From Minutocellus sp. GHC0000111 (Eukaryota): a DNA stretch of 64,000 nt. Position 1 is the first letter of the stretch, and each line of letters begins with the position of its first letter. Shown one piece after another: positions 35,801 through 44,506 of this stretch. The position numbers were made by a program, and so were the translations under genes. Location of the stretch: NCBI GenBank assembly GCA_977018835.1, contig OZ361259.1, forward strand, positions 3,844,001-3,908,000. Reading direction: 5' to 3'. Below the pieces are notes generated by a model. That model worked only from the letters and a program-made list of their open reading frames with translations, had not been told where the DNA came from and made no database searches.

Positions 35801-36807
35801 CCACCGACGAGTTGAGAACCTTTCTGGATCTCTCATGTTATGATTTTTCACAGAGTCCGAACTATAAAAAACACCCTCGCGCCGCAAACAAATCGGACAG
35901 CGTTGCTACTTCTGTCATATACGAGAAGCTCGAAGGCTGGGTCAAGGAGCGAGGGTGGGAGCTAATGGAAGGCGTTGCGCAAGTGACTTTCTCTGCCTGT
36001 GCCAATATTGACGAGCAGCAGAATAATGACTATCAGGAGGAGTTAAAAGGACTGATGAAGCGTTGCGAAGCTCTTCTTCGACTCTACTCGGGAAATCCAT
36101 CCGGGCGCACCGAAATAAAAAAGCTCTTGTGCGATGCTGCCAGTGATATTGTCCGCAAAATTGAGCGTCCAGGCAAGTTCCATATCCTTGCATCTGAAGA
36201 GTGGATGTGCATGCTCTTGAAGCGGCTATTGTTTCGTTTTGGCTCACAGACCATCTTTGATCGATTTGGCAAATGTTTGGTAAAAGACGAGGGCGCCTTG
36301 TTGACTGTTCTCAAATACTTGGGCGATCATCCAAACCAGTTTTATCAAATCCACCGGGATATCCTGAATAAATGCCTCGTCCAACACTCAATAAATGGGG
36401 AGTGGAAGAAAGAAGCGGCGGATGAATTCCGTTCTTCTTCCCTTCATATTCGTCGCGTTCTCTCGTCCTACCCCCGCATCGCGTGCGAAAAAGATTTCGT
36501 TGGCCGCCTTCCTCTTCATTGGAGCACGGACTGCGACGGTCCCAAGGTAGACAATGTGACGGATATTTTCAATTCCAATACCAAGGATTGTTCCGTAGCT
36601 GATCCTATCACTGGCCTATTTCCCTTTATGCTAGCTGCGAAGCAAGAATGTACCGATACAGCTACTCAGGGAGGATCCCAGCCTTGTCAGTGGCGGCATC
36701 CCACAGGAGACCAAGAAGAGAAAGAGGAGCGAGGAAACGGAGGCATCCAGCGACAAATCCTAGCTGGAGGGCACTCTGGCGAGAAAGCTATCAGCGAGAT
36801 CGATTGA
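32824..36807 (+). CDS. H3-tail-mimic protein 2 (tandem paralogue); late frameshift at ~36663, ancestral stop at 36761-36763
   Basis: accATG start of MARTKQTARRPG and the same domain order as paralogue 1. The homologous tail LLREDPSLVSGGIPQETKKRKR lies in a shifted frame. Confidence 0.8.
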   Translation: MARTKQTARRPGFPYKKPTASWSTLPALASRPRPALGDVGSAVTNSSNNARASSDTISSASASDKASKEGKLNQQQKETNSNADENGDLNDIGSKENNNDPQPGPSGMDVDATMEEETIEPKPNEDYNDDDDDIPMPLQDGNVGDDDADDGLPALLEGTEDAGDVGILAESSTTNNHDDVEDEDDDDEDDDEEEEPTTRFDVYQTLKRVSFPGSIASSGCADDILPSLPGLTIGGCPVSLPLTDAAAKTLLKRSSVAWPVRDPTYRNTYRVPADKIAFGNHSWEGGMDDLLDTVCIRLGMERSRITAKLDMMFVMEAGAKVEKRKDENEMAADEVLGTLLVQLPSVFTGGTIRIRHEYEYVEEEEEEEDDEEDTDDDDDEDVVDEATLLRAVDLIYIAVEDEASLTAKDIIRSLERDHEFQLNQDRKDLVEERLSDLVAGDVLPQIEERRDNSSGDQPSRGLLLRAVNLLYFATCTDGTGSFGVNEVCQSIQDAHQITLDQGSKEIITNQVAGIIAGTVLPTLDDDFSDASVAMSEAGNTSTEDGGDDDEKEEEEEEKDMMMMREEKMQFTLGAGDDSAFGCRFMCYYSGCEFSMKQILTGRRVMLAYSLCYGADDDEVGDEENSKEKEVATTDEKSLKPNATLVCSSMVPLQRSLALLPRANRIFLRPLSFNYDNTILANHAIEALEDSDRRIAEGLKVAMGQDWRLFIVEARLVHKRITGYYGDILESDYLPGDLLKVFDEDGDEMEDETEDWIGSILEFASCEVDDNGAILCREMGDAFNTGCDCGACGRNFLPKDYTIDDVWGEGDCVTSDCGEYDDKRKKETTWSSNFLLAYDESSEFELMALGGKIAMEDAVDDVVCSWDASLLKRLVQAIQLKGSKCALPLSSCRTLLSTILGEDEDSEEDRLVPDKKDMVSFVPTVLRNLCSEDEPDEDLYKLVLSAIEKLGWHNLVEPIATLMKKKAKLQTLKLPQFLSRVEFIFKAEANSSCTTDELRTFLDLSCYDFSQSPNYKKHPRAANKSDSVATSVIYEKLEGWVKERGWELMEGVAQVTFSACANIDEQQNNDYQEELKGLMKRCEALLRLYSGNPSGRTEIKKLLCDAASDIVRKIERPGKFHILASEEWMCMLLKRLLFRFGSQTIFDRFGKCLVKDEGALLTVLKYLGDHPNQFYQIHRDILNKCLVQHSINGEWKKEAADEFRSSSLHIRRVLSSYPRIACEKDFVGRLPLHWSTDCDGPKVDNVTDIFNSNTKDCSVADPITGLFPFMLAAKQECTDTATQGGSQPCQWRHPTGDQEEKEERGNGGIQRQILAGGHSGEKAISEID

Positions 36808-37041
36808 ATCAATCACAAGGTGTCTTTTAACCATGGATAAATGGTAAGAACCTACGTACTTGCAGCGACGACGACGTTGAAGCCGGTGTTAGTGCTTCGC
36901 CCAAAGTCCATATGGCAGACACCAATAGGTCATGAATAATATATTGTAAAAGGAAGTTCGATATGGTCTTGTTGTATGCTTACAGTATTTTACAAATTTA
37001 TAGCCTGATGGCCAGGGGGCGAGCAAGTTCTAAAGTACAGC

Positions 37042-39000
37042 TCAATCAAACTTGGAACTGCTCTTTGAGATGTCGCCGGGCATCGACCCAAAGCCACCGC
37101 CGAACATTCCATTTAGCTCCTGATTCATACCCAGACATTCGCGTTCCCTGGCGGCCATCATGTTGAAGAAGCGATCGTCACTCTCCTGTGTCAGAGATCG
37201 GATCTCATCCCGATGGGCCCTTTTAGTCCTCTCGAGCTTGGCCGACGCGTAGTCGGCATCGGCTTTGACCAGCTCCAGCGACATGCGCATCTCGTCCATG
37301 TTGAGATATCCCTCCTCCACCTGCTCGGTAAGCACTGCCTTCTCCTTCTTCAACTCGGCGACGCGGGCCTCATGATCTCGAGTCAGGTCCATCATTTCGT
37401 AGACATGATTCAAATTCTCTTGTGCCCGTTGGGTCGCTTCTTCCTGCAGTGCTGCCTTGGCGCAGTCCAGCTGCATTTCGAGATCGTAGTTGCGATTCTG
37501 AAGATGCTGAACCTGCTGGGTGACGGTCGTGAGCTGCTCTTGCATGCCTCGTAGAGTCTTGGTGTATGCTCCCCGTTGCTCGTTTAGAGCAACCTCGTGA
37601 GTACGACGAAGCTGATTGATCTCAACTTTGTGATCCTTCTTTGTTCGATCCAAAGTCTTCCTGGCTTCCTGGGCTGTGTTCTGCATAGCCTTGAGAGCGG
37701 CCTCGAGCTTGGCATTTGCTGAAAGAGTGGTTTGCAAGACTTTTTTCTCTTCATCATTTCCAACACTATTGTGTCCGCGCGAAAAGATCTTACCGGCACC
37801 ATTGACAGTATCACCAGCACTAGAACCGATTCCCATGTGATGATTACTGGCATTCGAAGCGAACGCTGGGCTCTTTCCGGTCTGCTCCAAATCTCGCAGA
37901 AGAGCCTCGTGGCTGCCCCGGAGCTTTTCGATATCCGCCTCCTTCTCGGCCAGGTTAATTTGCAGCTCGCTGCATTTTTCGGATATCTTACTGACGACGT
38001 CGACCAGATCCTTGTGCCGCTGCCGACGGCGATTTCGGCGGGCCGTGCGACGCTGTCGTTGCTGCTTGCGCGTCTTTCGCACCGAGCTCTTGGGTAGAGT
38101 GTCTCGTTGGGACGGTGATATGGCCTGAATGGGAAAGGAGGGTGTGAATGGTTCGGTACTAGAGGTAGGATTGGCAATGGCTGATCCTTGAGGACTTGCA
38201 GCGTCGAATGCAGCATTTACATTTGCGCCCATGATGACCGAAGAATCCACAACGACATTGCCATCTGTGTCCATGAAACCTGATGGACTTGCGAAGGACG
38301 GCGTATCTCCACCTCCAGAAGAAGACGCACCGAACAAACGACGCTTGGGCTCCACCCTTACGGCACTGGCATCGAACATATCCTCCTCGGAGTCCGATAA
38401 CGTGGCATGGTGCTGATGCATCTCCCCAATCACATCTTGCTGTGCCACGTTGGAGCCGTGTGCGTGTTGTGGCTTCTGAGCGCTGAAGGCATTGTTGGTT
38501 TTGTCAACCGCAGCATCAATCCACTTGGTCTCATCATTTGCAGTGGACGGAGACGGAAAGCGATGGTTGAACTCTGCCGCCCACGAAGTGGACTCCTCGG
38601 ACGGCGTCGCCACGACGGTTGCTGGTGTTGCGATTCCAGCAACGTTGGCACTGTCATTTCTCGTCACATGCTGACCTTGATTGTTATTGGTATTTCCATT
38701 CTTCTTTCGGCGCTTACTATTGCGACCCAGATCACAAAAGCCAAGGGCATACGGGAAGCTACCCGCCAGGCTCACGTGCTTCTTGTCCTCGGCATCGGGA
38801 TGGTCCTTCAACGGCTCCTCGCTCCAGTACAAATCGTTCTCTTCGTCGTTGAGGGATGCAAAGGAAATTTTGTCGTTGCCGCTGCTACTTTTGGAAACGG
38901 CCGTTGATGACTGCTTCCGCTTCTTCTTGTGCTGTGCTGTCAGACGGCACGGGAAGATGGTCCGAAAGACTTGTGACGGCTTGCTGCTGCTCTTGAACAT
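37042..39000 (-). CDS. Hypothetical protein with a disordered N-terminus and long C-terminal coiled coil
   Basis: 652-aa ORF with a heptad-like E/K/L/Q-rich C-terminal half and basic clusters. Confidence 0.8.
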   Translation of the reverse strand: MFKSSSKPSQVFRTIFPCRLTAQHKKKRKQSSTAVSKSSSGNDKISFASLNDEENDLYWSEEPLKDHPDAEDKKHVSLAGSFPYALGFCDLGRNSKRRKKNGNTNNNQGQHVTRNDSANVAGIATPATVVATPSEESTSWAAEFNHRFPSPSTANDETKWIDAAVDKTNNAFSAQKPQHAHGSNVAQQDVIGEMHQHHATLSDSEEDMFDASAVRVEPKRRLFGASSSGGGDTPSFASPSGFMDTDGNVVVDSSVIMGANVNAAFDAASPQGSAIANPTSSTEPFTPSFPIQAISPSQRDTLPKSSVRKTRKQQRQRRTARRNRRRQRHKDLVDVVSKISEKCSELQINLAEKEADIEKLRGSHEALLRDLEQTGKSPAFASNASNHHMGIGSSAGDTVNGAGKIFSRGHNSVGNDEEKKVLQTTLSANAKLEAALKAMQNTAQEARKTLDRTKKDHKVEINQLRRTHEVALNEQRGAYTKTLRGMQEQLTTVTQQVQHLQNRNYDLEMQLDCAKAALQEEATQRAQENLNHVYEMMDLTRDHEARVAELKKEKAVLTEQVEEGYLNMDEMRMSLELVKADADYASAKLERTKRAHRDEIRSLTQESDDRFFNMMAARERECLGMNQELNGMFGGGFGSMPGDISKSSSKFD

Positions 39001-39480
39001 GCTGGGCTCTCTGTATCTTCTGAGACTGGGGATTTATTCCTGTGTATTGATGCTTTGATACGAAGAATATTCATGCATTGGCATAGCTATTGGCATCAAC
39101 TGACTGCCAAGAAGCTCAACGGTTTGCTGGAGAATTGCAAGATGTGCCACTTTCAGACTGGACACACTCGACTGAGATGGATACTCCTCTAGTTAAAATG
39201 TTGAGGAAAGGTTCAGTGAAAATCATTCAAAAAGGAGTGCAGATGTGGCGGCCCGCGAAAGTCATTTTTGCTCTCATCTCGCTTGCCTCCTTGCCTCATG
39301 TCTGCTCTCATTCCGATCAGTCTTGACGAGGAGGAAGCATCCGATGCATTGCCGTTCTGCCATTCGACACAAACCGTAGAACGCGCAGTCATATATCGCC
39401 AGAACAAATGATGGTGGTCATAAAGGAATGAAATGAGGCAAGAATGCCACATAACAACAAGCATGACTTCAAAGGATATC

Positions 39481-40569
39481 ATGATGCCGAAAAGAACAAG
39501 GCCGGTTCGTTGTTGGGAGTTCCGTTTCCTTCTCCTTGTGGCCGCTACCGCTACCGCCGCTGCCGACGACGAGGAGGATGATATTGCCCATCTGTACTCC
39601 ATCCTATCGGAATGTCCAGCCGACCCTGAAGAATCGCCATTGGAGTTTGTCGTGGAATATTGGTCGCACGTTGGTCCATTATTGTCGCCCCTTGCCGACC
39701 TGGCCATGCTTCTCTCATTCCTCGGATTGACCGTTCCATTGATTTGCACCGCAATCGGGGCAGCCTTTGTCGCCCACTTTGTCAAGGAGACGTTCCTACT
39801 CTTGTATTTGGGGTTCAGAGGACTACACATCTCCGGGGAAGTAGTGGGGCTGCACACCCAACACTGGGCGGAGCACCATCTGGCAAGAAGCAGTGGCACA
39901 GGGGGAAGCCACATATATTGCCGAGTGACTGTAAGATACAGATCAGATCACGAGATGGGCAACGACAACTCAAATTCACAGCATGGCTGTATAAGGCGAG
40001 ATTTCCTCCTTCAGACAATACCACCTCGCCGAGGAAAAGTCGACTTACTTGTCTGCCGCACATGGCCGACCATTTCTCGAGTGGTGGAAGAAAACGACAC
40101 AAGTCTACTCCAACAACTACGTTTGACGATCAAGCTTCTCGGCCTTCTTCTCTTATCATGCATAGTGGGAGGCCTCCTGCTCACAATGATTATCGAGATC
40201 ATCCCACCTATGTGCCAAGCCAAGCAAATACTGTGGGTGTCTTACTTCATTTCGTTTCTTGGCTACACTGTCCATTTACTGCTCACAGAGAGCAGACATG
40301 GAGCAACGTCAGAACTGACCAATCAAGAAGAAGACGTCGTTGGAACCCAGACTCACAGGGGGTACGAGTACGTTCCCGACGTAGATGTCGACGCAAGTCC
40401 TTTCTCCGAGGACGCGCCGCCTACTGCCATGCCCATCGCCGAACCAGTCGCTAACTTTGATGTCACCATTCCAATTACGTCCGCGCAAGCTACACGGTCG
40501 ATTTTTGGTCCTCGCCCCGAGGATGCCAATACACTTACCGCCACAGCCACGGCGACAGTGATAGACTAA
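39481..40569 (+). CDS. Hypothetical multi-pass membrane protein (start uncertain)
   Basis: Long ORF with a signal-like segment and about three hydrophobic helices. Confidence 0.65.
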   Translation: MMPKRTRPVRCWEFRFLLLVAATATAAADDEEDDIAHLYSILSECPADPEESPLEFVVEYWSHVGPLLSPLADLAMLLSFLGLTVPLICTAIGAAFVAHFVKETFLLLYLGFRGLHISGEVVGLHTQHWAEHHLARSSGTGGSHIYCRVTVRYRSDHEMGNDNSNSQHGCIRRDFLLQTIPPRRGKVDLLVCRTWPTISRVVEENDTSLLQQLRLTIKLLGLLLLSCIVGGLLLTMIIEIIPPMCQAKQILWVSYFISFLGYTVHLLLTESRHGATSELTNQEEDVVGTQTHRGYEYVPDVDVDASPFSEDAPPTAMPIAEPVANFDVTIPITSAQATRSIFGPRPEDANTLTATATATVID

Positions 40570-40721
40570 GCAGATGCAAACCAGGACTTCCGTCTGTGTC
40601 TCGGAACGAAATTTTGTTTATGAACAGAATAATAACTCGCTCTAAATATTACAAATGTATCTTACGTAGCATACAGTACTTCGGTACACACTTAAGCAAT
40701 GGTACCTCTTTGTCCAGGCAT

Positions 40722-42287
40722 CTAAATGCCGCTTTCGGGATCATCATTGGCTTTAGGAGCACTGCGAGGAGGAGGGCTCCGAGCAAAGGCTTTTGGCGGT
40801 GGGGGTCGAGGTCGAGACGAGTAGGAGTCCTCAGAATAATCACGGATATGCACATATTGACGCTGCCCATCATCACCGAGATTTTGATTCCACAATTGTC
40901 GGTGGTCGCTATCTTCGACATAGAAGCGATGATCGATGGACTTGCCTCTCACTAAATTGCGTGTTGATTTGGCATTTTCAGGATGCAGCTCAGCAACCCA
41001 CTCTTCATAGGTACAGTCTGGAGTTTCGGAGAGAAACACAGTCAAATGCCCTTGAATTGCGTCCAAGCATGCCTGATATGCCTCTTGCTTGAGGTATTCA
41101 AGCGCCTTGTTCTTGTCTTCTTCGCTCTCAAATTCACCGTCGATATCAAGGGCACTGTCGGAGTACTGTTCCGGACCCTCATCGATGGACCTCCCACTTT
41201 CGGTTCTGCGCTTGAAGCGCCTCTGTCTCAAACCCTGGAGGACACGCCTTGCCCTAGCCCCTCGCGTAGTCTTTTGCGTATCCTCACTTCCTATAGAGCT
41301 ACTACTGTGTTTGAACATCGCTTGCTCATTCTGGGCGTTCAGTTCTTCCATCTCAGCGACGCTAAGCTGGAGCTGTTTGAGAGATGCGCTAAGGCTTGAT
41401 CTGGCTGAAGCTTCAAGGCCGTTTCTTCGATTCCCACCTGCTGCTTTGGCGTCACTGTCGTCTTCTTCAATGATCAGCTGGCGGATGGACTCGTTAACAT
41501 TCCGCATGAGCGTGTCTTCATTGTGGTTCCTTTGGTATTCGACACTCAATTTCCGCACTGATTGGGTCGCAAAGACTGCCCTGTCGCGCATCTGCAAGGA
41601 AGCTCGACGATCCCTCAAACCTCTCGGGGGTGGTGGGATCGGCGGACGGATATTTCTCACATGTTCGGCATCAATCGCCGAAGGAGCCAGCTCGAACAAA
41701 ACGGCCTTTGGTCTATCAGAACATTTCAGACGTTGATATATGGCATCCCTATCACCACCTCTGCCATCGATCTTGACCATAGTCGCGCCTTCAAAAACAG
41801 CAGGGTCGAGTAGGCAGTCCAAGCACAAAGCCGTTGACTGGGTGTCCTTCACCAGACCACGAACCTTCAAGACATTCTCATGCAAAGTATCCAGTTGGAT
41901 TCCCAGAGTGCTCTGCTCTCGAAATACAAGCTCTATAAATCGATCGTATCGCTTGTTAACGTTGACTGCCTCCTCGACTCCGCGTGAGTCTTTTGGCATC
42001 AGCATTATGGAAACAGGTCTTTCCATGTTTCCATCGCTCAGATACTTATCGAAAATATGGTCAGCGTCGTCTTCGTTCCACTTTACTCCATTGACGCCTA
42101 GGATGGCGGCACCCCGAAACAAATCTGGATCAATCATTGCCTTGGACGTGCACACTGCTCTCGAGAGTTTGGCCAATGCCTTGACGGTGGGAGGACGGCG
42201 CCGAGCGGGCGCCGACGATGGCGGCCGCTGTTCCAGCTCAATGCCCAGCGGGGCGGCATCTCTCAAGATGAGCTGGATGAAGTTCAT
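40722..42287 (-). CDS. Protein with two PDZ-like repeats and a diatom-type C-terminal domain
   Basis: Two repeats of FI.L..R....LGI.L...GA.I..[VI][ND]G, and a C-terminal TYEEWVAELHPEN...IDHRFYVEDSDHR.LWN block. Confidence 0.7.
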   Translation of the reverse strand: MNFIQLILRDAAPLGIELEQRPPSSAPARRRPPTVKALAKLSRAVCTSKAMIDPDLFRGAAILGVNGVKWNEDDADHIFDKYLSDGNMERPVSIMLMPKDSRGVEEAVNVNKRYDRFIELVFREQSTLGIQLDTLHENVLKVRGLVKDTQSTALCLDCLLDPAVFEGATMVKIDGRGGDRDAIYQRLKCSDRPKAVLFELAPSAIDAEHVRNIRPPIPPPPRGLRDRRASLQMRDRAVFATQSVRKLSVEYQRNHNEDTLMRNVNESIRQLIIEEDDSDAKAAGGNRRNGLEASARSSLSASLKQLQLSVAEMEELNAQNEQAMFKHSSSSIGSEDTQKTTRGARARRVLQGLRQRRFKRRTESGRSIDEGPEQYSDSALDIDGEFESEEDKNKALEYLKQEAYQACLDAIQGHLTVFLSETPDCTYEEWVAELHPENAKSTRNLVRGKSIDHRFYVEDSDHRQLWNQNLGDDGQRQYVHIRDYSEDSYSSRPRPPPPKAFARSPPPRSAPKANDDPESGI

Positions 42288-42523
42288 GGGCGTCGATTAT
42301 CGGTAGTTGGGAGCCGGTATCTGCATACGCCGGCGGTGGTTCGCCGGTCGCCGGGGGCAAGGGCGGGGGTCAAATCCTTCCCCTTCGGATTTTTGTGTGC
42401 CCGCCCTGTCCGTCTATCCGTCAAGTAAGTGCGCCGAGGATAGGAGCCGAGCGAGCGAGATCGATCGAGAGGGGAGGTGGTGGCCGTCATATGCTTGGAA
42501 TACAGCATCCTCAGGTGCCAACT

Positions 42524-43441
42524 ATGTGCGATACCTTTACGACAATAATTCCCAGACACTGTTCAGCGCTTCGTGATACGCCCATTTCGATCAAACCAGA
42601 TCCCGAACGCAAGAGACCACGGCCAAAACCTCCCAAGGTTGGAATTCTCATCATCCAGTGCCATCTCGATAGGGTGGTATGGAATGCGTTCGTTCCGATT
42701 GTGCTTTCCCCTTCGATGGGTGATGATGGCGCACTGTCGAAAGCTTGTATGACCCTCAGGAGACATTACAAGCGTCAGGTTCAGTATGTTTGTCAGAAGG
42801 CAACATCTACAAGCGAAGCGAAACTGATGGATGAGACATCAGACGATAACTTTTACAGGCAGACAGTTTCGGCAGTGGTGCCCCATAGGCGCAAAAGAAA
42901 ACGCCCTCGACATGTTTTGGTGATTGTTTTACCGCCCTACCCACATATCGGCTGCACATCGCCGCCGACATTGGAACCTGAGCGATTGTTCACGTCAAGG
43001 TTGGTTCGGCTGGAAAACATCATGGTTCGTCTCCAGAGCTTGAACGCATTCTTCTCCACACTCGGTGGTGGATACTTTCTCTGCAGATATCTCACCACGG
43101 CAGTGCAGCTGGCGCGGTGGCAGCGAACCATTGCTCTGTCGTTGGGTGATCGAGACTTGGCGGCTCGTTGCACTGTCAATGAAGCGTACAATTACATTCA
43201 TGCGGGTAAACTCAAACATGCATTTCATCTCATCAAGAAGGTAAAGGAAGATGCAACCAAAAGAGGCGACATGCTGACAGTCAGTATGTGCAAGAGTGCC
43301 AGATATTTTGCCAAACGAGTCCAAAATAACATGGCATTCGAGGGCAGCAAACAGGGAGTAGATGACGAGCTGCAACGTATACGAATTGTTGCCGATCACG
43401 ACAAGATCAATCGAACATTTCGGCCTCTTCACGAATTGTAA
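42524..43441 (+). CDS. Conserved hypothetical protein, possibly DUF4807-like or TPR-like (start uncertain)
   Basis: STLGGGYFLC...LARWQRTIALSLGD...RCTVNEAYNYIHAG helical motif. Confidence 0.6.
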   Translation: MCDTFTTIIPRHCSALRDTPISIKPDPERKRPRPKPPKVGILIIQCHLDRVVWNAFVPIVLSPSMGDDGALSKACMTLRRHYKRQVQYVCQKATSTSEAKLMDETSDDNFYRQTVSAVVPHRRKRKRPRHVLVIVLPPYPHIGCTSPPTLEPERLFTSRLVRLENIMVRLQSLNAFFSTLGGGYFLCRYLTTAVQLARWQRTIALSLGDRDLAARCTVNEAYNYIHAGKLKHAFHLIKKVKEDATKRGDMLTVSMCKSARYFAKRVQNNMAFEGSKQGVDDELQRIRIVADHDKINRTFRPLHEL

Positions 43442-43521
43442 TTCTAGCAGTATTGGAAACGGCTGCAGCTAAAGTTAAATTAAACGACTCATGTGTGATC
43501 ACTTGCATATGTAGCTAATGG

Positions 43522-44310
43522 CTAGCTACTACTTCTCAAACTCGTCTTTGGGGCGGCAACGCATGTGAAGCTATCGGCAAATTTTCTCAGTGCAGACTCC
43601 TGCTTTCGGAATCGTGGTGCAGTGCTGCCCGTTACCAACATGAACACCCCATTTCCCACTATTGCGGTCGATATGTAAACCATGCGCTCGCTCTCCCTCC
43701 CACCCGGCGTAAAGGTTGTAAATGCAGCCGAATACAGACCATATCCTGCCCTCGAAGCATCTGTGATCTTCTTTATTTTGACATCAATAGGTTGGCCGTA
43801 GGCGCCATACTTGCCCTTGCCACCCAATATAGTGTCGATGAAGAACTCCTTTATAAGTTCTGCTGGATTGCTAACTCCCTTGGGTGCCTCGGCAACCTGA
43901 AGAAAGGCTGCCTCGGGGTTCTGCAGGTCACGGCTTTCCACGCCAGTGCTGCTCTTGAGAACCGGCCAAGGAGCGTCAAACGACACTATAGCGGCAGTTC
44001 CATCGGGCGCCAGCAACTCATTCGTCAGATCGCTCGCCAAACCAGTAGCGGACGAGGCATCGGTGGACAAGTCAGCATTGCGAAATCGGATGCCCGTCTC
44101 TGGCTTGGTCTTGCCGAGCCCTCCGACGCCACCGTCAAAGGCTGACGAGATGGATGGTCTGCCGCAGACGACGGCGGCAGCTGCACCGGTTGCTTTGGCT
44201 AGGAATGTCCTTCGAGGACTTATTTGCTGGTTGGGTGTGTACGCTGAAACACAAGCGCCGCTGCCTGCAAGGGCGAGCGCGAGGAACAAGGTCAAGCGGC
44301 TCGTCATCAT
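43522..44310 (-). CDS. PsbP-like thylakoid lumen protein, nuclear-encoded
   Basis: Signal peptide ending VSA-Y, twin-arginine RRTFL followed by an Ala-rich segment, GKYGAYG, and FTTFTPGGRESER...FMLVTG. Confidence 0.65.
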   Translation of the reverse strand: MMTSRLTLFLALALAGSGACVSAYTPNQQISPRRTFLAKATGAAAAVVCGRPSISSAFDGGVGGLGKTKPETGIRFRNADLSTDASSATGLASDLTNELLAPDGTAAIVSFDAPWPVLKSSTGVESRDLQNPEAAFLQVAEAPKGVSNPAELIKEFFIDTILGGKGKYGAYGQPIDVKIKKITDASRAGYGLYSAAFTTFTPGGRESERMVYISTAIVGNGVFMLVTGSTAPRFRKQESALRKFADSFTCVAAPKTSLRSSS

Positions 44311-44506
44311 GGTGGCGAATGAGTTGGCTGACAAAAATTCCCAAGTTTCCCCGCAGGGCAAACTTTACCCGCGGAAAGAAAAAGAGGAGAAAGAAGGAAA
44401 AAGAAGGAAAAGGGAGCGAAATGATAAAAGCATCTCTGCTCGGCGAGTCTACATGTAACTACCGGTAACTTCATGTTTACTACATGTGTTGGTAATGAAT
44501 GATTAC

